Shown piece after piece: positions 9,334-18,113 of a stretch of DNA of 32,000 bases. This DNA is from an uncultured Clostridia bacterium (GTDB lineage: Bacteria; Bacillota; Clostridia; TANB77; CAG-508): positions 11,576-43,575 of the forward strand of contig CALXFF010000012.1 of NCBI GenBank assembly GCA_944387525.1, in the 5' to 3' direction. Position numbers and translations under genes: made by a program. Position 1 is the stretch's first letter. The number at the start of each line of letters is the position of its first letter. The notes below the pieces were generated by a model, which saw only the letters and a program-made list of their open reading frames with translations, was not told the origin of the DNA and ran no database searches.

Positions 9334-10488
9334 CTATTCTTCTAAAAATGTATAATTTCCACCTATTATTTCTCCTGTTGTAGCATCTACAAAATAGTAT
9401 TTGTCCATTCCTTCTTTTATATATTTATTATGGTCTTCACTGTAATTTCTTACATCTACATTATGCTCAACTTTTACTTTCCATACTTTTCTTGCTATAT
9501 TTTCTGTTTTATAATATGTTTCATCTTCCATAGTACCTGTAACATCATATTTATTATTTTCAAGTTGGTATATAAAAGGATTCATCTTTTCTATTGATAA
9601 GCTACTTGTCATGTTTGTAATTTCGTGAGGACTCAATTCTAGTTCTTTATTTTTAGCAATATTTATGGCTTCTTCTTCTGTTATTACTACTGGATTTTTC
9701 TGATAAGAAGAGTCCTTGTTTAATAAAACTGAATTTAGATATATTTGTCCATCAACAGCCATAAATGAGACACTGAATGATTCATATTTATTTGCTATAT
9801 CATCATAATATTTATAAAAATTTGCTCCTAATAGTTTACTACTTTGATTTTCAAAATAATAATCTTGTGAAGTCGTTCTAGTTAATTTGTATTCTCCTTC
9901 TTTCATTCCTAATTTGTTATATATATCATTCGCTACTTTTGCAATTTCTTCATCATCTAATACTTGCGTATCCAGATGCTTATATTTTAAATCCATATCA
10001 TTAAATGCAATAAAATCTCCTCCATTAGCATCCAACTGAACCATAAGTCCTTCTTCATATCCCCATTTTGTTTTTACCATATAATAACTTGTAGTTTCTT
10101 CTGAATATCCTCTTTTTAGTTCTATCCTATTTATTGTTTGATTTTCATAACCCAATTTTTCTAATATTTCAAGTCCTTTTACTCTTGCTTCATTTTCACT
10201 TATTAATTCTTTCTTTTCTTCTTCTGTAACTTCTGCTGGTGGTAATTCATTTTGCATTTCTTCTTCTGTATAACTTTTAGGCTCTTTCCATATTTTTTCA
10301 TATAGGTTTGTTGTAGCAAATACAACCCCTGTTCCTAAGCCTAATACAACTAAAATTGTTGCAACTGATTTTGTTATTCTGTTCATTTTTGGCATAGTAT
10401 TTTCCTCCTCTTTAAATTCGGATATAGCTATTTTCATTTGTGATTTTTCAATTATGTTTTTAATTATTTTATTTTCGTTCATAACCAT
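9334..10488 (-). CDS. putative anti-sigma membrane protein with PepSY-like extracytoplasmic repeats
   Basis: Overlaps the stop of the upstream ECF sigma gene. It has a short cytoplasmic N-terminus and one TM helix (VATILVVLGLGTGVVFA). Repeated xEEEAxxIA...G modules follow, and it ends YYFVDATTGEIIGG. Paralogue of 12527..13630. The anti-sigma role is inferred from position only. Confidence 0.6.
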   Translation of the reverse strand: MVMNENKIIKNIIEKSQMKIAISEFKEEENTMPKMNRITKSVATILVVLGLGTGVVFATTNLYEKIWKEPKSYTEEEMQNELPPAEVTEEEKKELISENEARVKGLEILEKLGYENQTINRIELKRGYSEETTSYYMVKTKWGYEEGLMVQLDANGGDFIAFNDMDLKYKHLDTQVLDDEEIAKVANDIYNKLGMKEGEYKLTRTTSQDYYFENQSSKLLGANFYKYYDDIANKYESFSVSFMAVDGQIYLNSVLLNKDSSYQKNPVVITEEEAINIAKNKELELSPHEITNMTSSLSIEKMNPFIYQLENNKYDVTGTMEDETYYKTENIARKVWKVKVEHNVDVRNYSEDHNKYIKEGMDKYYFVDATTGEIIGGNYTFLEE

Positions 10489-11023
10489 ACCCCCTTTTTT
10501 CTAATTCTTTCTTTAATTTTTTTCTTATTCTTGACAACCTTGATTTTACTTTAATTTCTGATATATTAAGTTCCTTAGATATATCCTTTATTTTCTTTGA
10601 AAGATAGTAATAACTTATAAATATTCTTTTATCTTCATCTTTCATCTTTTCTAATTCTTCCATGATAATTGTTGTCTTTTCTTTTTCTTCTGTTGTATAG
10701 TAGACATCTATATTATCATGTATAGTTCTTTCTAACATTTCAATATTTATGTTCTGATTCGTAATATACCTTTGCTTTTTCAAAATTAAATTTTTTGTTA
10801 TTCCTGCAATATATGGCTTTATTTCTTTGTTCATATCTAATTTATTACGATTTTGCCATATTACTAAAAAGACATCTGAAGCAATTTCTTCAATATCTTC
10901 ATCATTAAAATTATATTTACTATTTTTTATAATAACAAAAACATATCCTGCAAATTCTTTTATGATACTTGCTATATCAAGTTTTCCTTCAAAAATATAT
11001 TCCCTTATTTTCTTATTACTCAT
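10469..11023 (-). CDS. ECF-family RNA polymerase sigma factor
   Basis: 184 aa. Region 2-like DEDIEEIASDVFLVIWQNRNKL...YIAGITKNLILKK. Region 4 HTH ISKELNISEIKVKSRLSRIRKKLKKELE. Confidence 0.8.
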   Translation of the reverse strand: MSNKKIREYIFEGKLDIASIIKEFAGYVFVIIKNSKYNFNDEDIEEIASDVFLVIWQNRNKLDMNKEIKPYIAGITKNLILKKQRYITNQNINIEMLERTIHDNIDVYYTTEEKEKTTIIMEELEKMKDEDKRIFISYYYLSKKIKDISKELNISEIKVKSRLSRIRKKLKKELEKRGYGYERK

Positions 11024-11145
11024 TTTGTTTAGAGCTCCTTTTTTTAGATATCCAACTACATATTACCATTTTTTTAATAAAGGTAACATTAAAATAAAAA
11101 AAGATTAGCATAAACTAATCCTCAAACTTTTTTGTTCTTTTTCTA

Positions 11146-11697
11146 TTAAGATACATTCCTATTACAATTCCTAATATCATACCTCCTATTATACCGATAG
11201 CAACTTGGTAAATAAGAATAATTGCCGAAAATAAGTATATTCTTATAAACTATTCCATATATGTGAATAATTGTAAATATAATTGCAAATAATGTCATAA
11301 AAACCAAACTAATTTTAGGAATATAACTTTTTATTTTTTTATTAATTATTTTATCTTTTATACAAAAGATAAATGTTCCAATATACAGTGAACCAGTAAT
11401 TCCTAATAATGTGTACAATTCCCAAGCACCAATATTAGTATATCCACTCATTATCAATCTAATTAAATAATATGTTGCATTCATTGATGTCATTGTAATT
11501 GCAGGAGCTAGTATTGAAGTAATATATTCTTTGGAACATAAAGATAAAATTATCATTATTATTCCCCAAAATGTAAATGACTGTGTAATATCTACTAAAT
11601 GTTCAAAATTTAATATCAATGAATATTCTGTTATAATACCTAATATTATTCCAATAATTAGTGAAATAATTAATAACTTTATATCAATTTTTTTCAT
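11146..11697 (-). CDS. polytopic membrane protein, 3' end probably frameshifted
   Basis: 183-aa ORF with multiple TM helices whose tail (YSYLPSCYRYNRRYDIRNCNRNVS) looks non-native. Another frame reads SAIILIYQVAIGIIGGMILGIVIGMYLNRKRTKKFED and stops at 11117-11115. That is a credible final TM helix. The frame change lies at about 11215-11245. Confidence 0.5.
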   Translation of the reverse strand: MKKIDIKLLIISLIIGIILGIITEYSLILNFEHLVDITQSFTFWGIIMIILSLCSKEYITSILAPAITMTSMNATYYLIRLIMSGYTNIGAWELYTLLGITGSLYIGTFIFCIKDKIINKKIKSYIPKISLVFMTLFAIIFTIIHIYGIVYKNILIFGNYSYLPSCYRYNRRYDIRNCNRNVS

Positions 11698-11736
11698 ATT
11701 TTCCTACTTTCAATAAAAATAAAAAATTGTAATTCT

Positions 11737-12426
11737 TTATTCTGATATATCAAAAACTTTTTTTAATAATTTCTTTACCAATTTAGTTTTCATTATCACA
11801 TAAACAATAACTGCTCCTATTGTATTTAATATAATATCATCAATATCTGTTGAACCTCTATAAGTTATAAATTGCAATATTTCAACAACTAATGTAAGTA
11901 TAATCATCATAATCACAAATTGTTTTATGTTCTTTATTCTATTTTGAAATAATATAGGTATGAAAAATCCCATTGGGGCAAACAAAAGTAAGTTAGTAGC
12001 AAAATTAATTATTACTATACCTGTATTAATATCATTTGAAATTATATCTATAATATATTCTATTATAGTTGCAAAAGGAACTACATTGCTTGTTTCAAAA
12101 TGTTCTTTTGAAAATGTGTTGATATTTTGAAATCCTCCCATTCTATATTCATTGTTCAAAAATAAAATAGTAATCAATAATAAACAATATATGATAAATA
12201 ATACTTTTAACCAAAAATTTCTTATTTCACTTTTCTCTTGTGCATCTTTTGATTTCTTTATTTCCACTATCATTGTAATAATTATTATAAAAATCGGTAT
12301 TACAAACCCTCCTATTGTTACTTTAACATTTAAAACAATATTAGGAATTATGCTGAAAATGATAACAAATCCAATTAATATAATACTTAAAGTTATAATA
12401 ATTCCATTAATTACTTTTTTCATCAT
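11737..12426 (-). CDS. VanZ-like family membrane protein
   Basis: 229 aa, multi-TM. C-terminal motif EILQFITYRGSTDIDDIILNTIGAVIVYVIM matches the VanZ-family signature (E..Q......R..D..D...N..GA). Confidence 0.65.
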   Translation of the reverse strand: MMKKVINGIIITLSIILIGFVIIFSIIPNIVLNVKVTIGGFVIPIFIIIITMIVEIKKSKDAQEKSEIRNFWLKVLFIIYCLLLITILFLNNEYRMGGFQNINTFSKEHFETSNVVPFATIIEYIIDIISNDINTGIVIINFATNLLLFAPMGFFIPILFQNRIKNIKQFVIMMIILTLVVEILQFITYRGSTDIDDIILNTIGAVIVYVIMKTKLVKKLLKKVFDISE

Positions 12427-12526
12427 AAAAAAAACACCCTATAAATTATAATTTTTCAAACACATTATAACATAACAGACAGATAATTTTCAAACAATTA
12501 TCTGCCTATTTATTATAAAATTGGCT

Positions 12527-13630
12527 TTAATTTGAAAGAGTATAATCCATTGTGTATCCACCAATAATTTCTCCTGTTGTGCAATCAACAAAATAACTAT
12601 ATTTACCTTCTGTGTATCTTTCCTCTACACTATCAAAATTATCTTCATAAGTTATAACTACTACCCAAGCATTTCTGATTTTATCTTCAACACTATAATA
12701 GTTTCTTTCTTCATTTGGATAATCAACTGTTTGCATAGCATTATAATATTTTTCTTTATTATTTATCCTTTCATAAGCATCTGCATTCATTTTTACTATT
12801 TTTCTCTCTGCTTTGGTTTCTACTACTTTATTTGTTTCGATTTTTTTATCTTCTTCTAATGCAATTTGAATAGCCTCTTCTTTTGATATTACAATTTCAT
12901 TATTATCAAAAGGTATATTTTCAACTGTAAAACTATCAAAATTTTTATTTTTAGATTCAATGCTTATATATATCATTTCATAGGGATTATATATTTCTCC
13001 ATATTTTTTATTGTAGATTATATCAATTTTATATCCACTATCTTTACCACTTCCTCTATTATTATTACAAAATACTCTTGTAATTTCATACTCTCCTTTT
13101 TTAAAACCAAATAATGTATAATATTCATTTGCTATTTGTATTGCCTCATCTTCTGTTATCTCAATATTACAATCTTGTTGATTTTTATTAAAATTCCATA
13201 TAGTTTCAAATTCTCCTGTTTTTCCATTAATACTTATTTCATAATTATCTTCTGTGTTAAATCTGTATATTATTGTATCAGAATCCATTTCTTTATAATT
13301 GTTTGTACTAACTATATTGGTATTAAATCCAATTTGTTCTAGTTTATCTATTGCTATTTCTTTGGCTTGATCTTCTGTTATATTTTCTTTTTTACTTTCT
13401 TCTGTAATTTGCTCTGTTACATTTTCAATTTTTTCAGGTGTTTTCCATATATTTTCTATTACCTTACTTGCTGCAAATACCCCTCCTGTTAATATCATAA
13501 GCGTACATGCTGCTATACCTATATTTTTAAATATAAATTTTCCTGTTTTATTCATATTTTTTTCCTCCTCATTTTTCATTTTAGATATAGCCATTTTTAT
13601 TTTTAATTTATTTTTTATCTCATCATTCAT
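12527..13630 (-). CDS. putative anti-sigma membrane protein with PepSY-like repeats (paralogue of 9334..10488)
   Basis: Its ATG directly abuts the stop of the sigma gene (TGAATG). One TM helix (IGIAACTLMILTGGVFA). Modules TEDQAKEIAIDKLEQIG, TEDEAIQIANEYY and SKEEAIQIALEE. Ends YSYFVDCTTGEIIGG. Confidence 0.6.
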   Translation of the reverse strand: MNDEIKNKLKIKMAISKMKNEEEKNMNKTGKFIFKNIGIAACTLMILTGGVFAASKVIENIWKTPEKIENVTEQITEESKKENITEDQAKEIAIDKLEQIGFNTNIVSTNNYKEMDSDTIIYRFNTEDNYEISINGKTGEFETIWNFNKNQQDCNIEITEDEAIQIANEYYTLFGFKKGEYEITRVFCNNNRGSGKDSGYKIDIIYNKKYGEIYNPYEMIYISIESKNKNFDSFTVENIPFDNNEIVISKEEAIQIALEEDKKIETNKVVETKAERKIVKMNADAYERINNKEKYYNAMQTVDYPNEERNYYSVEDKIRNAWVVVITYEDNFDSVEERYTEGKYSYFVDCTTGEIIGGYTMDYTLSN

Positions 13631-14167
13631 TCAAAAACCTCCTTTCTTTAATTCTTGTTTTATTTTCTTTCGTATTCTATGTAATCGTGTCTTTGTGTTT
13701 ACTTCTGAAATCTTTAATTCCTTAGCTATATCTTTAATTGATTTGTTTGAATAATAGAACATAGTTATTATTTTTATATCATCTTCTTTTAAATCTTTTA
13801 TTTTTTTATATAATTGATTTACTTCTTCTCTTTCTTGTGAATAAATATCAACATAACTATGTTCAACTAAATTTTTACATTGTTCTATATCAATCATATA
13901 TTTCAATGATTTTAATTTTTCTTTTATTAAATTTCTAGTAATTCCAGCCATATAAGAACTCAAAGACTTTATTGTGTAATTTTCTTCATATCTTTTCCAT
14001 AGTACAAAAAAAGTGTCTATTATAATTTCTTCCTTATCTTCTTCTGATAAGTTATTGCTGACCATATTTTGTACTATTGTCCTTATATATGGGGTATAAT
14101 CGTCTACAATTTTATCTAAATTAAGATTTTTATTGATGATATAATCTTCTATTTTTTTATCTTTCAC
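13631..14167 (-). CDS. ECF-family RNA polymerase sigma factor (paralogue of 10469..11023)
   Basis: GTG start. EEDKEEIIIDTFFVLWKRYE...YMAGITRNLIKEK, and region 4 IAKELKISEVNTKTRLHRIRKKIKQELK. Confidence 0.8.
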   Translation of the reverse strand: MKDKKIEDYIINKNLNLDKIVDDYTPYIRTIVQNMVSNNLSEEDKEEIIIDTFFVLWKRYEENYTIKSLSSYMAGITRNLIKEKLKSLKYMIDIEQCKNLVEHSYVDIYSQEREEVNQLYKKIKDLKEDDIKIITMFYYSNKSIKDIAKELKISEVNTKTRLHRIRKKIKQELKKGGF

Positions 14168-14288
14168 TTCTATAACTCCTTTATAAGATATCTTATATCT
14201 TTATAGTGGTAAAAAACTCAAAAAGGTTACAATTTTTTAAAAAAATATAGAGATTAGTTTCCTAACCTCTTATACTAATTATAAATCG

Positions 14289-14507
14289 CTATTTTTCATT
14301 TCTTACAAAAATATTTAATACATCACCATATTTATCAAGTGTCTTTGCTATATCTCCATTCTTTGAACTTTTGCTAAAAATATAATCACCAATGATATTG
14401 CTGAATGTTTTTATTTCGTCTTTTGAATATTCTCTATTTTCACTTTTTATTCCTATTTCTTGTAATAGTTCTTGATTCTTTTCTGATAAATCGACTTCTA
14501 AATTCAT
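14289..14507 (-). CDS. hypothetical small protein
   Basis: ATG 14507 follows an aggaggag RBS, inside track ORF 14289..14552. 72 aa. Confidence 0.4.
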   Translation of the reverse strand: MNLEVDLSEKNQELLQEIGIKSENREYSKDEIKTFSNIIGDYIFSKSSKNGDIAKTLDKYGDVLNIFVRNEK

Positions 14508-14604
14508 TTTTTTGCATCTCCTCCTATTTTTTATACAAGGAGAATATATCATAATAAAATTATTTTTTCAACAAATATAAAACTAGCAGAATAAAGATTT
14601 TCTG

Positions 14605-14943
14605 CTAGTCCTCTTTATAATAACTTTCCAGTGAAGAAACTAAATTAAAAACTATTTTTAATTGTTTCTTATTACATCTATCTAGAAAGTTATCTATTGA
14701 TTTTCTTATTTTTAAATTCTTCGTTTCGCTATTGCCATATAAAATATAATCCGCTGTTGTTCCTGTTGCAGAACATATTTTATTTAGTGCTTTTATGCTG
14801 ATTAGTAATGCTCCTCTTTCTAATTTTCCAAGATGGTTTTCATAAAGTCCACATCGTTCTGCAAATGCTTGTCTTGATTCATTATACTTTTCATCTCTTA
14901 TTTTTCTTATTCTAGTACCAATTTTTATACTATCTAATACCAT
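14605..14943 (-). CDS. XRE-family helix-turn-helix transcriptional regulator
   Basis: IGTRIRKIRDEKYNESRQAFAERCGLYENHLGKLERG is a classic Cro/C1-type HTH. It is divergent from the xis/int module, as for orf9 of Tn916-type elements. Confidence 0.8.
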   Translation of the reverse strand: MVLDSIKIGTRIRKIRDEKYNESRQAFAERCGLYENHLGKLERGALLISIKALNKICSATGTTADYILYGNSETKNLKIRKSIDNFLDRCNKKQLKIVFNLVSSLESYYKED

Positions 14944-15613
14944 TTTTTAATCCTCCTGTTCCTATTACTACTATTTTACATTGCTTTATAAGAATATTAC
15001 ATACCCTATTAATGCCAAAATAAACACTTTAATAGAAACTTATTAACTACAAAATCCTTGTAAAATACAGGGTTTGACAACTTTCGTTTTTTTCAAAAAC
15101 TGTATTTTTGTGACAATCAGCACCAGTTTTCGACAAATTTTGCACTTCTAATTTTGTATAATTTTTCCAGGTTTGTATACCTATTTAGGAAGAATATTAT
15201 TTTGAAGATGCCAAAGAGTTTAAACTAAAAAGTACTAAGGATTTAAAATAATGACTAAATAGATATATAGACTTATTTTTTATATATAAATTTGTGGAAA
15301 GGAGGTTTTATTTTTATACTTCAAATGAGTGTTCCTCTTGAATAGGAATATAGGCCTAAATTTTGAAATTTAGGAGGAACACAATGTGGGTGTTTATAAA
15401 AATAATTCCAGTCTTACACAAGAAGAAAAAGAAAAAAGATTTAATAATTTTCTAAATAAAACCATAATTTTATCGTCCAAAAGATTTTTTAAGAAAGAAG
15501 TAAAAAAACTTTTAAATTTATAGAACAATGTGAAGTAGAACTTGCAAATAATCACCTCATTAAGTGGGACAACATGATAGAACTCTTTAAAACTTATGTT
15601 GGAGGTGCTTGTA

Positions 15614-15832
15614 ATGAATAAAAAGGAAGCTATTGCTTATGGACAAATTGCATTAGAATCAATGTTACACTCTACATATAAGCAAGAAATAAATTTACAA
15701 AATTTTGCTATTGAAATGAAACAAGCATTTAAAGTATATCCTAGAAATATTGATTTAAATATAGCAGAAAGTAAAGTGTTCGCAGAAAAAACATTAGATA
15801 TATATAAAATTGGAAGTGATATAAATGAGTGA
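15614..15832 (+). CDS. hypothetical small protein of the element's regulatory module
   Basis: ATG 15614 follows a ggaggt RBS. 72 aa. Its stop overlaps the xis start (ATGAGTGA). Confidence 0.4.
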   Translation: MNKKEAIAYGQIALESMLHSTYKQEINLQNFAIEMKQAFKVYPRNIDLNIAESKVFAEKTLDIYKIGSDINE

Positions 15833-16020
15833 CGAAAAAATAAGCCTTTCTGTCACAGAGGCCGCTAAATTGCTTGGAATAGGAAGAAATTTAATGTTAA
15901 AGCTCGTAACTGTTCCTGGATTCCCTGCTATAAGATTTAAAAAAAATTTTAATAAATAAAAGCAAATTGCAACAATGGTTTGATGAAAATTCTGGGATTT
16001 ATGGGAATTATAAATATTGA
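15825..16020 (+). pseudogene. xis: excisionase-family HTH (Xis), interrupted by a frameshift in an A8 run
   Basis: MSDEKISLSVTEAAKLLGIGRNLMLKLVTVPGFPAIRFKK is an excisionase/MerR-type HTH. The frame stops at 15957-15959, but removing one A from the A8 run near 15941-15948 gives ...RFKKILINKSKLQQWFDENSGIYGNYKY* ending at 16020. That is the expected C-terminus for this family. Confidence 0.6.
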
Positions 16021-16117
16021 CATTTCAACATTGTTTTTTTAGAGATATTATTATAAAATAGATTTTGAAACATAAACTATTCTATTTTTAATTATATCTC
16101 TTTAAAACATTGGAGGT

Positions 16118-17824
16118 ATGATAATAGTGGAAAAAATGATTGCAACACCGAAGATGTCAAAAATAGACCTAAGTAAAATGTGTTTTAAAATTCTTTTAAG
16201 CATGAAAGGAGATAAATTTAGAGCAAGGTCTGAAATGTTATCACAAATTCCTAACATAAAAAATATTAGACCAGAAGCAACAAGTATAAAATCATACAAT
16301 GATGCTGTTCAAAAATTAATACCTAAAATTCAAGATTCCTTAGATGGTACAGATAAAAAACTAGGAGAAATTTATCAAGATGAGAATGGAGATATTATAT
16401 TTTACGTTCAAAATATAGTATATACTGAACAAAAATCGACATTTACTCATAATTTTAATACTATACCTACTGATATATCTTCTATGTCAAATCTTTTCAA
16501 TACGTTTTTAACATTCATATCAAACAATAAAGATTCTTCGCAAGAAAATATATCCAGTTATTCTTCTACTAATGTACCAATATCTAATCAAAATAATTTG
16601 GCTTGTAGTAATGAAAAATTATTTAGCGAAATTATTGTTGAATGGTTACGTCACTTACATGATAGGACAAAGGCTGATTGTGATAGTGAAGAATATTTAA
16701 GTCCAACAACATTAGAAAGTTATAGTAGAAATTTATGGTCTTATGTATTCCCATATTTGGAAGAACATCCTGAATATAATAGCATTTTAGCTTTTTCTTC
16801 TAATGTTATTGATGATATTTTTAAGGGTATTAAATGTTTAGATACAAAAAGAGTTTTACTTGTTTCTTTCAAATTGATTTTTGAATATGCTAAGAAAAAT
16901 AATTATATAACTAATAATCCTATTTCTGATAAAAAGTTGAAGAAAAATAACAAAAACAAAAAGTCAAAAGCGGATTACGAGTTTATAGAAGAAGATCAAA
17001 GGGCACTTTGGATTAACTATATGATAAAAGACTTTCATATTCCAGGAAAGACTTATAATGATGCTCCTTTAGCTTTTTTATGTATGTTACTACAAGGAAA
17101 TAGACCAGAAGAAGCCTGTGGTACAAAATGGAAAGATTTCGATTTTGAAAAAAACACTTATCATATTCAAAATGCTTATAAAAACATTCCTATTTATGAT
17201 GAAATAACAATGAAAAGAATAGGTTGGAATAAGGGAGATGGACCTTTAAAAACTCCTGAAAGTGATAGAGTTCTATCATTAGACTTATTATTAAAGGAAT
17301 TATTACTTGAACATAGAGAATATCAAAAAGAATATTTTAGTAAAAGAGGAAAGAAATGGTCTGAAGAAGAATATGTTTTTAGAAATCATCATTGTGAAGC
17401 ATATACACCTGATATTCTTTCTAAAAATTTTAGAAAATTTGTTAAAAGACATGAAGATTTATCTCATATAGTTATTTATGCTCTAAGACATAGTTTCGCT
17501 ACACATTGCAGAAATAATGGGATGACAGCTGAAGTTTTAGCAAGAATTATGGGACATACAGAATATGAAACAACACAAAAATATTATATTCATATTTCAA
17601 GTAAACAGAAAAAAGAAGAATTAGAAAAGGTACAAAAACAAGACCTTAACGTATATTTAGGTAATGAAAATAAAGAATTAGTGCATCTTCAAAATAAGGT
17701 TTCAAATTTACAAGAATTACAACAAGATGACATTATCAATTATGTACAACTAGATAATAATACTTTAACAACTTTAACAACAGTACTTACAAAAATTGTT
17801 CAAAAACAACGAGTAGTTGTTTAA
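16118..17824 (+). CDS. int: tyrosine recombinase/integrase
   Basis: 568 aa. Catalytic C-terminal motifs ALRHSFATHCRNNGM...LARIMGHTEYETTQKYYIHI (R, HxxR, H, Y). The true start may be GTG 16127 or ATG 16136, given ggagg at 16112-16116. Sits next to the att repeat and tRNA genes. Confidence 0.85.
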   Translation: MIIVEKMIATPKMSKIDLSKMCFKILLSMKGDKFRARSEMLSQIPNIKNIRPEATSIKSYNDAVQKLIPKIQDSLDGTDKKLGEIYQDENGDIIFYVQNIVYTEQKSTFTHNFNTIPTDISSMSNLFNTFLTFISNNKDSSQENISSYSSTNVPISNQNNLACSNEKLFSEIIVEWLRHLHDRTKADCDSEEYLSPTTLESYSRNLWSYVFPYLEEHPEYNSILAFSSNVIDDIFKGIKCLDTKRVLLVSFKLIFEYAKKNNYITNNPISDKKLKKNNKNKKSKADYEFIEEDQRALWINYMIKDFHIPGKTYNDAPLAFLCMLLQGNRPEEACGTKWKDFDFEKNTYHIQNAYKNIPIYDEITMKRIGWNKGDGPLKTPESDRVLSLDLLLKELLLEHREYQKEYFSKRGKKWSEEEYVFRNHHCEAYTPDILSKNFRKFVKRHEDLSHIVIYALRHSFATHCRNNGMTAEVLARIMGHTEYETTQKYYIHISSKQKKEELEKVQKQDLNVYLGNENKELVHLQNKVSNLQELQQDDIINYVQLDNNTLTTLTTVLTKIVQKQRVVV

Positions 17825-17862
17825 AAAATATTTTTTTGCTTTTTTATAAAAGCAATATTTTT

Positions 17863-17928
17863 TGGGGACTCTGTGGGGACTCTGTGGGGACTTTTTGGGG
17901 ACTAGCTGGGGACTAATTGGGGACTAAC
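17863..17928 (+). repeat. six tandem 11-bp repeats TGGGGACTnnn
   Basis: tggggactctg x2, then tggggactttt, tggggactagc, tggggactaat and tggggactaac, contiguous. They lie between the int stop and the att repeat. Confidence 0.9.
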
Positions 17929-17984
17929 TCAAAAAAGGAATAAAAATTAGTCTTAGAATATGTTGTTTTTTGATTTTTTGGGCA

Positions 17985-18031
17985 TAAAAAAAGCCAATAA
18001 TCAAGCCCTTCTGCAAGACTAATGACCTTTT
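17985..18031 (+). repeat. attR-like direct repeat (partner at 5087-5133)
   Basis: See 5087-5133. Its last base is the terminal A of the tRNA-Thr CCA. On the minus strand it forms the hairpin plus T7 run that would terminate the tRNA cluster. Confidence 0.55.
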
Positions 18032-18107
18032 GGAGCCACTTCCCAGATTCGAACTGGGGACCCTCGCATTACAAGTGCGATGCTCTGGCCAGCTGAGCTA
18101 AAGTGGC
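18031..18107 (-). tRNA. tRNA-Thr (anticodon UGU)
   Basis: The reverse complement reads GCCACTTTAGCTCAGCTGGCCAGAGCATCGCACTTGTAATGCGAGGGTCCCCAGTTCGAATCTGGGAAGTGGCTCCA. Acceptor stem GCCACTT/AAGTGGC, anticodon loop CTTGTAA, T-loop GTTCGAATC, encoded CCA. Confidence 0.9.
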
Positions 18108-18113
18108 AAAATT

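Larger units (their letters stand above)
5087..18031. mobile_element. decayed tRNA-associated integrative (ICE/IME-like) element, about 12.9 kb
   Basis: Bounded by 47-nt imperfect direct repeats (38/47 identical), and the right copy ends on the CCA of tRNA-Thr. The right end carries a Tn916-like XRE, small ORFs, xis and a tyrosine integrase. The left end carries fragments of replication-relaxation and coupling-protein genes. Confidence 0.6.

Noticed and set aside
16102-16299. Minus-strand 65-aa ORF overlapping the integrase 5' end
   Set aside because: It is a hydrophobic shadow ORF antisense to int, with no RBS.
17863-17928. Possible CRISPR array (also considered for the 19-bp triplet at 30397-30453)
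   Set aside because: The repeats are only 11 or 19 bp, directly abutting with no spacers, and no cas genes are in the window. They are tandem repeats, not CRISPR.
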